Positions 26,379-36,232 of a DNA stretch of 64,000 bases are shown piece by piece (positions within the stretch are counted from its first letter, which is position 1; each line of letters opens with the position of its first letter). This DNA comes from Candidatus Bathyarchaeota archaeon (GTDB lineage Archaea > Thermoproteota > Bathyarchaeia > Bathyarchaeales > Bathycorpusculaceae), in NCBI GenBank assembly GCA_963715865.1, contig OY970280.1:992001-1056000 (forward strand), read 5' to 3'. The position numbers and the translations under genes are program-made. Under the pieces are notes generated by a model. The model was not told the origin of the DNA, searched no databases, and worked only from the letters and a program-made list of their open reading frames with translations.

Positions 26379-27301
26379 ATTAGCCCATAAACTACCTTAC
26401 CTTGATGCGTAAGGTGGTTAACATGCTCTTTGCGTTCTATTTTCTTTTTTTAACAAGAATGGTTGCTGCAATGGATTTTTGGTTGGAATAGGGTAGGCTT
26501 TTTGCTAGGTGATTTAAACATCAAAAAGCGGGTAACCCTACTTTTTTGCTATTGAAAATAGGTCTAAAAAGTAGGTAGGTAGGGTAGGCGCAATTTAGCT
26601 TGGATGTTTCAGTAGCAAAATGAGGGGAGGGGGGAGGGTATGCTTGGGTAATTTCGCTTTTTAAACAAGCCTTTGTATGCTGGTTATGAACACATAGCTA
26701 AAAAGCATTTTCTCAGCTATTAATTTAAAAAATTAGACAGAATAGAAGGCACCGATTGTTTACCTTCTATTTATTTTTTTTAGCAGCCGCTTTTTTGGAA
26801 GCTTTGGCTTCTTTGTTCTTTCTACATCCACGGCCAAACCAATCAACCCATTATTATAATTAGTTGTTAACTACATATAAGGCTTGATATGTCGAGCAAT
26901 TAGAGCCACGCAACACAGTTTAGCGTTGATGTGAGAATAACCGCAACACAAGTTTAAATCGAGTTTTCAACCATCAGTTTTGGTTTCGAGCGTCTTGGAA
27001 GCTTTCTATGGCAAACAGAGCTTATAAGAACATGAAGAACATGACGATTATATCTCAATTGGCAAAGATGAAAAAAGTCACAAACGGGCTTAGTGTTGGA
27101 GGGGCTGGTTTTTGTTTGTTGGCTACTCAGTGCCATCCGTCATCGAGGAGAAAGGAGAAGGCTTCGAAAACGGAAAAAGGTTTATGGCTTGAGTGATTTA
27201 GCCTTCGACCTAAACTAGCCCTCCAATCACTAATAAGACTTAAGATACTATAAAGTGCTTATAAAGCTTATGAATCAAAAATAAAGTTTAAAAATACTAA
27301 C

Positions 27302-27868
27302 TTAGCCTATAGCTAAAATACCTTCCAAAATATTCTTTTCAGGAACATTCAGCTGCTTAGACAACCAAGTCTTCAGAATTGAAGAAAACTTTGGAAGCGC
27401 GCCGCTATAAGTAATAATCTGGTTACCCTTAAGCGCATCAGCTTGGAAAACCTTTTCATCCTCTTTATAGCTAAAGGACAACGTTTGAGCTTGGAAAGCT
27501 AAAGTTTGGAAATCTTCCCACTGCTTACACCGCAAAATCACAGAAGGCCCACTTTGAACTACCGCTGGAGGCGCAGCCTCACCCACCTGTTCCTTAACCG
27601 CAGCAGGAAGGGCTTCTTTCTGTGCGCCTGATAAGTAACTAATCAAGTTTGTTACTTCTTTTTGTAAACTGTTTATTTTTTCCTCAACTTTTTCCACTTT
27701 ACCGACTAATTCACCGGTGTCGCCAAGTTGCTCGGTAACCGTCGCTAACTCATTAATCAGCTTATCTAAGTCTTTCTCATGCTCTTTGAGCACGTTCACT
27801 ATAAAATCTAAAGCCTCTAATGCTTCATCTTTCGATTGCGGAATCTTCGCCAATCTATCTACCCCCAA
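27302..27868 (-). CDS. Conserved coiled-coil hypothetical protein
   Basis: EALEALDFIVNVLKEHEKDLD coiled coil plus C-terminal globular domain. Confidence 0.7.
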   Translation of the reverse strand: MGVDRLAKIPQSKDEALEALDFIVNVLKEHEKDLDKLINELATVTEQLGDTGELVGKVEKVEEKINSLQKEVTNLISYLSGAQKEALPAAVKEQVGEAAPPAVVQSGPSVILRCKQWEDFQTLAFQAQTLSFSYKEDEKVFQADALKGNQIITYSGALPKFSSILKTWLSKQLNVPEKNILEGILAIG

Positions 27869-27983
27869 CTATCTGACAACTCAATATACGAAACTATAAA
27901 TAAACATAGCGAATTCTCAAGTAATATCACAGCAACGGCATACCTATACTTATTGGCAATTATTTTTTCTAATATATGACGAT

Positions 27984-28805
27984 TTACGATACTACATCTA
28001 ATTTACCTTTTCCACGCCTGTCCTTATGAATAAAGTAGCCTACTGCCACCAACGCCACGGTTGTCCCAAGTGCTATTGCATATGCAACCGCAAATGGAAA
28101 GCCTAAACCCTCAGGGCTGGTTTCTGGAGGCGTAGATGCTTTTTGTTCAGGTTGAGTAGCATTTGCTGGAGGTGCAACTGGTTCAGTGCTGGTCTCATTT
28201 TTTGGCGTAGTGGTGGGTTGTGTTGGTATGGGCGTTTGTTGCTGAGTCGAAGATTGCGCTGTTGAGTTATTTGACGACAGTATCCCCGCCAATGGTCCTG
28301 GGGCAGGATATGTTGGTTGGCTTATAGTCACCGGGATCGTACTCATGGTTATTGAAGTAATCATTGCTATCCACATGTTGCCGTTATATTCAGGAACAAT
28401 CAAACGTAGCATTTCAGACAGAGGCGAATCATTCAACTGGTAAGCGATGATTACATTCGACTGCATGGCCTCCTGTAATGGGATGCTGACTGCGTATCCG
28501 TCTGAAGCTTGAAAAGCAACTGAAGCTACTGCCGGGTCCAGTCCTGCTTGCTGAAGCAAATAGCTAAGGCTTACTCCACCCCAGTTGCCACTGGTTACCA
28601 GACTGCCGTAACAATAAAGGTTAGCGCTTACATTAGTTTCAGGCATTGCCCTAAGTTGATCGTAAGTATAGGTAACAGTGGTGCCTGCAAGATTGCTCAC
28701 CTGTAAATTCCATTCTGTTTGGGCTGAGACTCTTCCTATTGGCGTTATTAGTAGCAATCCAAATAGTGTTAGGAGAAGGCAGGTTTGGAGAAGTTTCTTT
28801 TTCAT
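27984..28805 (-). CDS. Secreted, membrane-anchored molybdopterin-binding oxidoreductase-like domain protein
   Basis: Signal peptide; LYC...WGGVSL...ASDGY...LRLIVP; Pro/Thr linker; C-terminal TM helix. Confidence 0.75.
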   Translation of the reverse strand: MKKKLLQTCLLLTLFGLLLITPIGRVSAQTEWNLQVSNLAGTTVTYTYDQLRAMPETNVSANLYCYGSLVTSGNWGGVSLSYLLQQAGLDPAVASVAFQASDGYAVSIPLQEAMQSNVIIAYQLNDSPLSEMLRLIVPEYNGNMWIAMITSITMSTIPVTISQPTYPAPGPLAGILSSNNSTAQSSTQQQTPIPTQPTTTPKNETSTEPVAPPANATQPEQKASTPPETSPEGLGFPFAVAYAIALGTTVALVAVGYFIHKDRRGKGKLDVVS

Positions 28806-28950
28806 TTAATTCCTTCATTTGATTTAAATGCTAATTGTTGACAATTGTCATACTTTTAAACTTTTATTAACAATATAGAAAAAACAGCACTTACTAGCTT
28901 TGAGCAGATTTGCTTTGAAACAGGGAAAAAGTGAACTCAGGGTTTTATTA

Positions 28951-30063
28951 TTAAAGCTGTTTTAGCTGTTCCTTGAAAATTCCTCTGCTCTCTTCGATAA
29001 CGCTTTCGCGGTCGCTTTCAAGACCCATTTTATCTATGTTGCCCTTAAGCTCGTCAATGTTAACTTTAAAGTTAGTCTCGTTAGCCAAGTTTTGCAAGAC
29101 AACTTCAAGCTGAGTATTCTCTTTTTTGTTTTCTTTATCTCCGACCACCTTGCCAAGTAAAAGGTCATTTAACGTGTAATATGCTAAAATCAAGGCTTTC
29201 GCGTTCTGGAAATTCGGTTGATTCTCTTTAAGGTCATCGTTAAGGTTTAAGCCGTTAAAGTATTCATATATCGTTTTTAGGATGTTATAGGCTTCTTTTG
29301 AAGTTCCTTTTGGAACCTGCCTTTTTATGGCTGAAGAGACATTTGAAAAGTCCAAGCTCAAAGGCGGCATCGTTTGCCCTGTGAAACTCAAGTTCTCCCC
29401 AAAACCTTTAGAGTGGTCTTCTACTTGTTGCCAGTTAATTCGCTTTGTTTGCAAACTAATCAGAACATCAAACGATGAATCAATGATGCCTATTGAAGCA
29501 TTAATTACCCCTAATAGTTCATTCCTTCTTAGAGTGGCTTTTTGTTTGTTCTCCAACGATTTCTGATGCTCCTCAAGAATTCTGTTTACTTCATCACGCA
29601 ATTTACCTAATGATTCAGCCTTTTCCTTCATGAAAAACGTGTCAGTAACACCCTTCCATGTTACGCTTAGCTCATTCCCAAAATTCTCAACGCTTGTTAT
29701 TTCGTAAACGGGAATTTCCTTAATGGCAACCCATCGTTTTTTAAGGAATCCTTTTGCAACAAAAAATTTGACAGTATTATCAATAACCTCAACTTTGGTT
29801 ACGGGAATACCCTTCGGCTTTGGCTTCGGCTGATTTTCTTGAACAGCTGAATCGACGAGTTTTCTTTTTGCTTTTCTTCTATGAACAAAAAATGCAAGCA
29901 AGATGCATGCACACACGGCACTTGATATTATAGCAATCAAGAGAATGTAGGGATATTCAAAAAGTCCTGGCAAAGTAAAAGCCGCAGAAAAGGGAAATGC
30001 AGTCATGTAGCTTTCAAAAATGGATTCCTGACGTTTAGCCGTTGAGTCAACTTGGTTTGTCAT
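28951..30063 (-). CDS. Membrane-anchored hypothetical protein
   Basis: Single N-terminal TM helix then soluble beta-rich and helical regions. Confidence 0.65.
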   Translation of the reverse strand: MTNQVDSTAKRQESIFESYMTAFPFSAAFTLPGLFEYPYILLIAIISSAVCACILLAFFVHRRKAKRKLVDSAVQENQPKPKPKGIPVTKVEVIDNTVKFFVAKGFLKKRWVAIKEIPVYEITSVENFGNELSVTWKGVTDTFFMKEKAESLGKLRDEVNRILEEHQKSLENKQKATLRRNELLGVINASIGIIDSSFDVLISLQTKRINWQQVEDHSKGFGENLSFTGQTMPPLSLDFSNVSSAIKRQVPKGTSKEAYNILKTIYEYFNGLNLNDDLKENQPNFQNAKALILAYYTLNDLLLGKVVGDKENKKENTQLEVVLQNLANETNFKVNIDELKGNIDKMGLESDRESVIEESRGIFKEQLKQL

Positions 30064-30305
30064 GTTGTGTCTTGTCTTTTATCGATTTATTAATTTATAA
30101 ACTAATGCATTACCCAAGTTGATTGATACTTAACCGCACGCTAAATCAATAGTGCACACTTTAGAGCCAGCTTCTGATGAAGGCTAGGGACATTTGTTCG
30201 TTCGCGTAAAAGTTTTGTTCAAACAATCCAGCTCGGCAAAAGAAGCCTTGAGCATGAAGTCATGCATGTTCCGAGAAAAGTATATTGTTTATGGATAAAG
30301 AAAAT

Positions 30306-30391
30306 TCAATAAGGATTCCATGTGCACTTAATCGCTTTCGACACGCAAGCTAACACGCATGGAGCACTGTTGCTTTCAGGCTTGCAAGAAG
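30306..30391 (-). pseudogene. 3' remnant of a BzdM-like ferredoxin paralog
   Basis: SCKPESNSAPCVLACVSKAIKCTWNPY-stop; 66 of 86 nt identical, ungapped, to 40075-40160. Confidence 0.8.
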
Positions 30392-31002
30392 CGTGCGCTA
30401 CAACAAAAGAATAAAGATTAACTAGTTTTTTGTGCGTCTTTGCCTTAAGACTGTTCGTGTGTGCGCGCAACAGCCTACCCCCGGTCTACTATATGCTCCT
30501 AATAGGCTCCAAATATAATTCAACATAGTTCAACATAGAATTAACTCCCGCACTTTCAACATGAAATAGCGCTCTTTCTACATGTGAAAAGTTTAGTTAT
30601 GTTGGTTGTAGACAAGTTTTTAGAGTTTTCCCGAGCTAAGTAGTCTTGAAGGCGGAAAGCATGAACAAAACAGGTTTTGTGCCCTCCTCAACTTAAAATG
30701 GTAAAACCCATAAAACTTGTTGGAATGCTGCTGCAGAAAAAAGTATACTTATTTGGGAGTGAAAAGTTGCACACTGTTAATGCTGCTATTTTCGATAACT
30801 TACAAAAGACTGGAGTTGAATTTTTTGGCTGGTTTATGTATATTTTCCAGCTTTGAGCAGGCATAAGTTTAATTTTTTTCTACAAACTCCGTTTACAGGT
30901 TTTTAATAACACCTTGCTTTTGATGTGTGCAGGTATACCAGTATAACAGTTAAGATGTAGAAAGCCATAAATCGTCATAGCTGAAATATAAGATTGATTA
31001 AA

Positions 31003-31164
31003 ATGAAACCTCGAGAACGGTTGAGTACAGAAATTGACGGAGAGGTGTTACGCCAGTTCAAGCAATTAGTGATTCGGAAGCATGGCAAATTGAGAGGCAA
31101 CATGACTAATGAGGTAACTATGGCTTTGCAACTCTACATTTCAAATTTTAAGGAAGAGAGTTAA
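31003..31164 (+). CDS. RHH regulator, 53 aa, first gene of the island operon (not in ORF track)
   Basis: RERLSTEIDGEVLRQFKQLVIRKHG...NEVTMALQLY; ends 2 nt before 31167. Confidence 0.7.
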   Translation: MKPRERLSTEIDGEVLRQFKQLVIRKHGKLRGNMTNEVTMALQLYISNFKEES

Positions 31165-31166
31165 AC

Positions 31167-32696
31167 ATGGCAGTCTTGGGGTGGTGCAACAATTGTAATG
31201 TTCCAATTCTAGACGCTGGCGATTGCGGAATTTGTGGTTCAAAAAGCAAGGTCATCAGATCTTGCGAAGTTAAACCAATATTCGACATTGAACGAGAGAA
31301 AATTAGAGGGTTGCTGGCTGAGCAAGGTTTAGATCAGAATCTTCTTCCTATGAGTATTAATTTCAAAGATGTAATTGGATACATCATAACTGATGGTATC
31401 AAATCCCTTAGGCTCGCTTTTGAGCCTGAAAACAATCATTGGTATGTCGAAAAAACGAAGACTTTGGAAAAAAAGAATGGAGAGTTCAAAGGGTCTGACC
31501 GCCAAGTGATGATAAGAGCTAATGAACACATACTAAAAGAGAAAGAAAGAGAGGCCTGTGATTTCATAGGCAAAGTGATGGAGGAGAATTCGAGAATTCC
31601 TCTAGCGGTTTCCTTTAGCGGAGGCAAAGACAGCACGGTTGCTCTGCATCTAGCAAGGCAAATTCAAAGCGATGTTGATGTAGTTTTCTTGGATACTACA
31701 ATTGAGCTTCCTGAGACGGTGGAATATACCAAAGAACTTGCCAAGCTGTGGAACTTGAACTTAATCTCCGTCAGGCCCAGCCATGATTTTCTGGAACTTT
31801 GCAAACTCATTGGTCCGCCTAGTAGATTCATGAAGTGGTGCTGCAAGACTCAAAAGTTCTCGCAGATGAATAAACTGCTTCACGAGAGATACAATGAGGG
31901 CGTAATAATGGTGAGAGGAATAAGAGCGGCCGAATCAGGGAAACGTGGAAAATACATGCGGGTTGGCAAAATGAAATATACTCCGAACGAAATCATTGCC
32001 AATCCAATATTGAAGTGGACATCCCTTGATGTTTGGTTGTACATTTTCTGGAAAGAAATCCCGTACAACAAAGCTTATGAATACGGATTTTCGAGGATAG
32101 GCTGCTGGGCATGTCCATCAAAGACTTTGAGGGATTTCTCGATATTGGAGGGGGTACATCCTGAGTTGATAACCAAGCTTTATTCCATTCTCGACAACTT
32201 TGCCATGAAACGGAACATTGTCGACAATAAATGGAGTAAATCTGGGGACTGGAGAACTAGAAAGTCTAGAGTTAGTAAAATGAGCGTATGTGCCTCTAAG
32301 CCTTGTTCGACAAGCAAAGAGTTTGTGTTTTCTATTAACAATCTTTCAACTGTCTGCAATGTCTTAGAGTTTTTCAAAATATTTGGGAAGATAAAGAAAA
32401 GAGGACCAATATCAGTCATCAATGGTACTGATGTGGAACTTTCGACAGTTGGCAAGAGTATTCGAATATTGTTCAAAAACGAGGAGAAAGAAGATCAGAT
32501 ACTCCATTACCTTGAAAGAGCACTAAATTGCATTAGCTGTGGTGCATGCCAAGGAGTTTGCAAAGTAGGAGCGATTACGCAATCTGAAGGTCAACGGTTC
32601 ATTGATGCAACAAAATGCACGGGGTGCCAGAAATGTCTGATTTTCAGTTGTATTGCATTTCGCTACGGATCCGATCGGATGTCGGTTGAATTGTAA
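31167..32696 (+). CDS. PAPS-reductase family (DndC/SspD-like) protein with Zn ribbon and C-terminal ferredoxin domain
   Basis: WCNNCNVP/CGIC; PP-loop SFSGGKDS; WCCK; GIRAAES; RIGCWACP; CISCGAC...C and CTGCQKC. Confidence 0.85.
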   Translation: MAVLGWCNNCNVPILDAGDCGICGSKSKVIRSCEVKPIFDIEREKIRGLLAEQGLDQNLLPMSINFKDVIGYIITDGIKSLRLAFEPENNHWYVEKTKTLEKKNGEFKGSDRQVMIRANEHILKEKEREACDFIGKVMEENSRIPLAVSFSGGKDSTVALHLARQIQSDVDVVFLDTTIELPETVEYTKELAKLWNLNLISVRPSHDFLELCKLIGPPSRFMKWCCKTQKFSQMNKLLHERYNEGVIMVRGIRAAESGKRGKYMRVGKMKYTPNEIIANPILKWTSLDVWLYIFWKEIPYNKAYEYGFSRIGCWACPSKTLRDFSILEGVHPELITKLYSILDNFAMKRNIVDNKWSKSGDWRTRKSRVSKMSVCASKPCSTSKEFVFSINNLSTVCNVLEFFKIFGKIKKRGPISVINGTDVELSTVGKSIRILFKNEEKEDQILHYLERALNCISCGACQGVCKVGAITQSEGQRFIDATKCTGCQKCLIFSCIAFRYGSDRMSVEL

Positions 32697-32759
32697 TCCT
32701 ATCGTTTTGGATAACTGCAGTATTTCTAAGTTATAAGCAGAATCATCGATATTGGTTAT

Positions 32760-33155
32760 TTGCATTTGAGGTCCTCAGATGTTAAGTCTGTTTCAGGTGA
32801 AATAATGACTCGAATCAGGAACCATCAAGTAATTGGAAAACAAGGGGCATATGAGCTTCTAGGACTCCTTGAACAGAATTTGAACTTAACCGAGTCTTTA
32901 ATTGTTGACAAACTAAGCAGAATCTTGTCTTCAAAAGAAACTTCTAAACTTACGAGAGAACTTTTAGACATCGCATTTATCAGGCGTATACCTCAAAAAG
33001 AATATTTGGAGCTGACTGATATTGGACGAGAAGCCTTCCTCCTTGCGAAAGTTATTAATGGAGCGTCTCTTGATTCAGTCGTAAATCAACTTTCAAGACT
33101 TCGAGCTAGGCAGCTTCTCTCTGATTACTCAGGATATTTGCGGATGCTTCCTTAA
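32760..33155 (+). CDS. wHTH-like protein, possibly the N-terminal half of a frameshifted gene
   Basis: Helix-rich with LELTDIGREA wing motif; stop 1 nt before the PLD start. Confidence 0.5.
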   Translation: MHLRSSDVKSVSGEIMTRIRNHQVIGKQGAYELLGLLEQNLNLTESLIVDKLSRILSSKETSKLTRELLDIAFIRRIPQKEYLELTDIGREAFLLAKVINGASLDSVVNQLSRLRARQLLSDYSGYLRMLP

Positions 33156-33156
33156 C

Positions 33157-33612
33157 ATGATCAAAAACAGACATGCTGTCGAAGAAGTATACATATGTTC
33201 TCCTTGGATACGACTGAGCGACAATTATCTAGCGGATTTAGAGGAAACCACTCGAAAAAGTCATGGGGGCATCGACTTTCGAATTATTACAAGACCACCT
33301 TCAGAGCTTATTTGCGGCACACCTTCTTCGTGGCATAATCAATCCCTGAAAACACTAAGATGGTTTAAGGAACACGATGCTGATATGGTTAAACTAAGGA
33401 AATTGCATACAAAGTTGTATTGTGCACTCGGAGGAAATTGGCAATGTGCTCTTTTTGGATCCGAGAATCTTACAGAAGCAGGAAACGTTGAGTTAGGAAT
33501 TCGGATTGATGATGAGCAGATGACGCAAAAACTCTTAAGCTACTTTAATCGAATTTATAGTCACAGCACCGAAATATCAAAGGATGAATTGTATGTCGAG
33601 AATCGATGTTAA
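33157..33612 (+). CDS. Phospholipase D family (HxK) nuclease-like protein
   Basis: ICSPWI; LHTKLY; ALFGSENLT; NVELG. Confidence 0.85.
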   Translation: MIKNRHAVEEVYICSPWIRLSDNYLADLEETTRKSHGGIDFRIITRPPSELICGTPSSWHNQSLKTLRWFKEHDADMVKLRKLHTKLYCALGGNWQCALFGSENLTEAGNVELGIRIDDEQMTQKLLSYFNRIYSHSTEISKDELYVENRC

Positions 33613-34759
33613 CCTGCATGAATGGTTTGGTCTAACCCGAGATAACTATATACTCAGGCCAAGAGAAATCGTTGAGGACAGGAAATTTTATGCTCGCCGA
33701 CCAGAATCAGTCCAGATAGAGAAACAGATAACCAACCTTGAAGTAGACCTTGCAGGTAAGATGTCTCCCAAGAAGCTATATTGGGGAGTTATTGGTGGAG
33801 GCAAGACTCACACTCTATACAATATTCTAGAAGAACTAAGAGTCAGGCTTGATATAGAGGTAGTTTTCGTTGAATGCCCAGTGACAAAGAAATCTCTCAA
33901 CTTCTCTGAACTTTACAGAAAAGTATTGGATTCAATGGGTATGGACCTTATTGTAAATGATCTGCTTCGGGGCGTAGTCAGCAACGTAGTCCAACGCGTT
34001 GGCATAATTGAGCAGGGCAAAGCGGAAAAGGAACTTAACAAGCTTCTTGGTTACGAAGACTTGGCTAGGGCTTCTTACACGATATTAACAGCAGGTTCAG
34101 AATTTAATCCTCTTACAATGTGGAGGTGGCTTAAAGCAGAGGAAGTCTCGAGCTCTGAAAGAGACAGTCTAAGAGTTTCAGCTGACCTTAAGACAGACCC
34201 AGAAGTACTGGCTGACATTTTGATTCTGATTGGGCGATTTATGCAGGAAAGGAAAAACAAAACTCTTGTTCTTGTTTTTGATGAACTCGATAGGATCCAC
34301 GATGCTTCGGTAGATGCAAAGGAGACTTTTAAAGCGGCATTCACAAAGCTTACCGAGCCTGGGCAGTCATATGTTTCGGTTTTCTTGTGTGCTTCCGCCG
34401 AAAGTTCTGCAAATGTACCAGACCTGATTGGCGAAGCCGTGGAAGACCGACTGAAAGGTGATATCAGTGAGATTCCTACAATGACAAGCAATGATGTGCT
34501 TCCTTTTGTAACGGATCTTGTGAAACACTTTAGGGACCCTGCTGCCAATATTAGCGAATTGGTTAAGATCGCGAAAGAGGAAACAGATGAAACTCTGGAT
34601 GAAGATCTTTATCCTTTTACGCAAGATGCCGTGGAAGCCATCAAAGCTGCTTGCGGCGATAAGAAGACCCCGAGGGCAATAACCAGAGCAATGTCCAAAG
34701 GGGCTGGAAGAGCCGTTATAAGGAAAAAGCACGTTGTTTCCAGCAAAGAAATAGAATAA
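33584..34759 (+). CDS. AAA+ P-loop ATPase (Cdc6/BrxD-like)
   Basis: Walker A GVIGGGKT; Walker B LVFDE; YPFT...TPR C-terminal motif. Confidence 0.85.
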   Translation: MNCMSRIDVNLHEWFGLTRDNYILRPREIVEDRKFYARRPESVQIEKQITNLEVDLAGKMSPKKLYWGVIGGGKTHTLYNILEELRVRLDIEVVFVECPVTKKSLNFSELYRKVLDSMGMDLIVNDLLRGVVSNVVQRVGIIEQGKAEKELNKLLGYEDLARASYTILTAGSEFNPLTMWRWLKAEEVSSSERDSLRVSADLKTDPEVLADILILIGRFMQERKNKTLVLVFDELDRIHDASVDAKETFKAAFTKLTEPGQSYVSVFLCASAESSANVPDLIGEAVEDRLKGDISEIPTMTSNDVLPFVTDLVKHFRDPAANISELVKIAKEETDETLDEDLYPFTQDAVEAIKAACGDKKTPRAITRAMSKGAGRAVIRKKHVVSSKEIE

Positions 34760-34786
34760 GAACGGAAATACAGGTCTGCAACCTTT

Positions 34787-36232
34787 ATGATAGCTCAGAA
34801 ACCCATAAGTTTCGATCACGGTTACCGCTTTTTCGATCCTCTTAAACTTGCTCAATTTGGTTCAGAAGGAGATCTTATTGCGGGACTGATTAGCGAGGAA
34901 AAAAACCCGGATGCAATCTTCTTTGGGAAGATCGCAGAATTCGATGGGATAATGGGAAAGAATGTTTGGTTTGACACTAAAGGCGCCCATGTAATATACA
35001 TAATAGGAAAACGAAGGGGCGGAAAAAGCTTCACATTAGGAACGTTAGCGGAAGGTTTGGGCTCAGATACATTTCATGTTGGTGATTCTAAGCAAGCTAT
35101 CCTCATTTTGGACACTCTCAACATTTTCTGGACTATGGAAAGCGGAGCAACAGACTCAGAACAATTGAAGGAACTTGAAAAATGGGGTCTAAAACCTGAA
35201 CCAATGAAAAATGTTGTGTGCTTTTATCCTAGGGGGCTAAAAAAACCGTATACTCCTCAACATTACAAAGAATTTGCACTGAAACCATCTGACCTTGAAG
35301 GGTCAGATTGGGCAGCACTCTTCGGTGTTGATCCCATATTGGATCCAATGGGCCAGTTACTGACGGAATTGCATGAAAAAGTGGCTATTGACGGATACAC
35401 AGGGGCAGGATCTTTCGTAAAACCTAACCACAATTATTCTGTTTCTGACCTTCTCCAATGCCTCAGCAGGGACAAAGAAATTTTGAGGTTTGCCACTCAA
35501 ACTATTGAAGCGGTAAGACGATATCTAAAAGCAGTAGAACGGTCTCCATTCTTCTCAAGTACAGGAACCGATGTAAGAGACATTTTTAGAAAAGGCCAAA
35601 TAACAATTTTGCTATTACGGGACCTTGATCAGCAAATTAGAGGATTAATAATCGGGCTCTTGATCAAAAAAATTATGAAAATTCGCGGGGAAACGGTTGA
35701 ATGCGAAAAAAGGCTGGCCATAAAGAAGAAGCAACTTAGCCTTTCTGAAAAGAGTCAGGAACAAACACCTGATGCCGATTCAGTAACCCTGGAAAAACTC
35801 GTGGAAAATGGTTTACCGAGAGGTTGGATTCTAATTGATGAGGCGCATAATTACATTCCTCAAAACGGAATAATCGGTTCAAAAGAACCTCTTAAGAAAT
35901 ATGTGAATGAAGGGCGCAATATCGGGCTTTCTATTGCGGTTACAACTCAACAACCATCAGGACTTGATGCAGCAATAAGAAGAAATGCGGATATCCTAGT
36001 TGTTCATGCCATTACTATGGCGAGTGATTTGGAAGTGACTGAAGGTATGCTGAATACATCAGTGCCAAAGACCGTTGCTATCGAAAGAAAAAAAGTTGAC
36101 GCCCATGTCTTCGAAAACATGGTCCGCGACCTCAAAATAGGCTACGCCATCATATCTTGCGTAAACGTCAACAGAGTCTTTCTCGTTAAGGTAAGACCAA
36201 GAGCTACCACACATGGCGGGGTTGAATATTAA
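34787..36232 (+). CDS. HerA/FtsK-like ATPase (DUF87)
   Basis: IIGKRRGGKS; ILIDEAH; EGRNIG; TQQP. Confidence 0.88.
   Translation: MIAQKPISFDHGYRFFDPLKLAQFGSEGDLIAGLISEEKNPDAIFFGKIAEFDGIMGKNVWFDTKGAHVIYIIGKRRGGKSFTLGTLAEGLGSDTFHVGDSKQAILILDTLNIFWTMESGATDSEQLKELEKWGLKPEPMKNVVCFYPRGLKKPYTPQHYKEFALKPSDLEGSDWAALFGVDPILDPMGQLLTELHEKVAIDGYTGAGSFVKPNHNYSVSDLLQCLSRDKEILRFATQTIEAVRRYLKAVERSPFFSSTGTDVRDIFRKGQITILLLRDLDQQIRGLIIGLLIKKIMKIRGETVECEKRLAIKKKQLSLSEKSQEQTPDADSVTLEKLVENGLPRGWILIDEAHNYIPQNGIIGSKEPLKKYVNEGRNIGLSIAVTTQQPSGLDAAIRRNADILVVHAITMASDLEVTEGMLNTSVPKTVAIERKKVDAHVFENMVRDLKIGYAIISCVNVNRVFLVKVRPRATTHGGVEY

Noticed and set aside
26954-27196. Two short overlapping ORFs in the intergenic gap
   Set aside because: No motif or clear translation signal on either strand.
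30500-30950. Possible integrase remnant left of the island
   Set aside because: Only a vague TGFxP-like string among stop codons; not supportable.
31167-32696. Housekeeping APS/PAPS reductase for sulfate assimilation
   Set aside because: No sat, cysC or sulfite reductase neighbours; it is embedded in a nuclease/ATPase operon. Not formally excluded.
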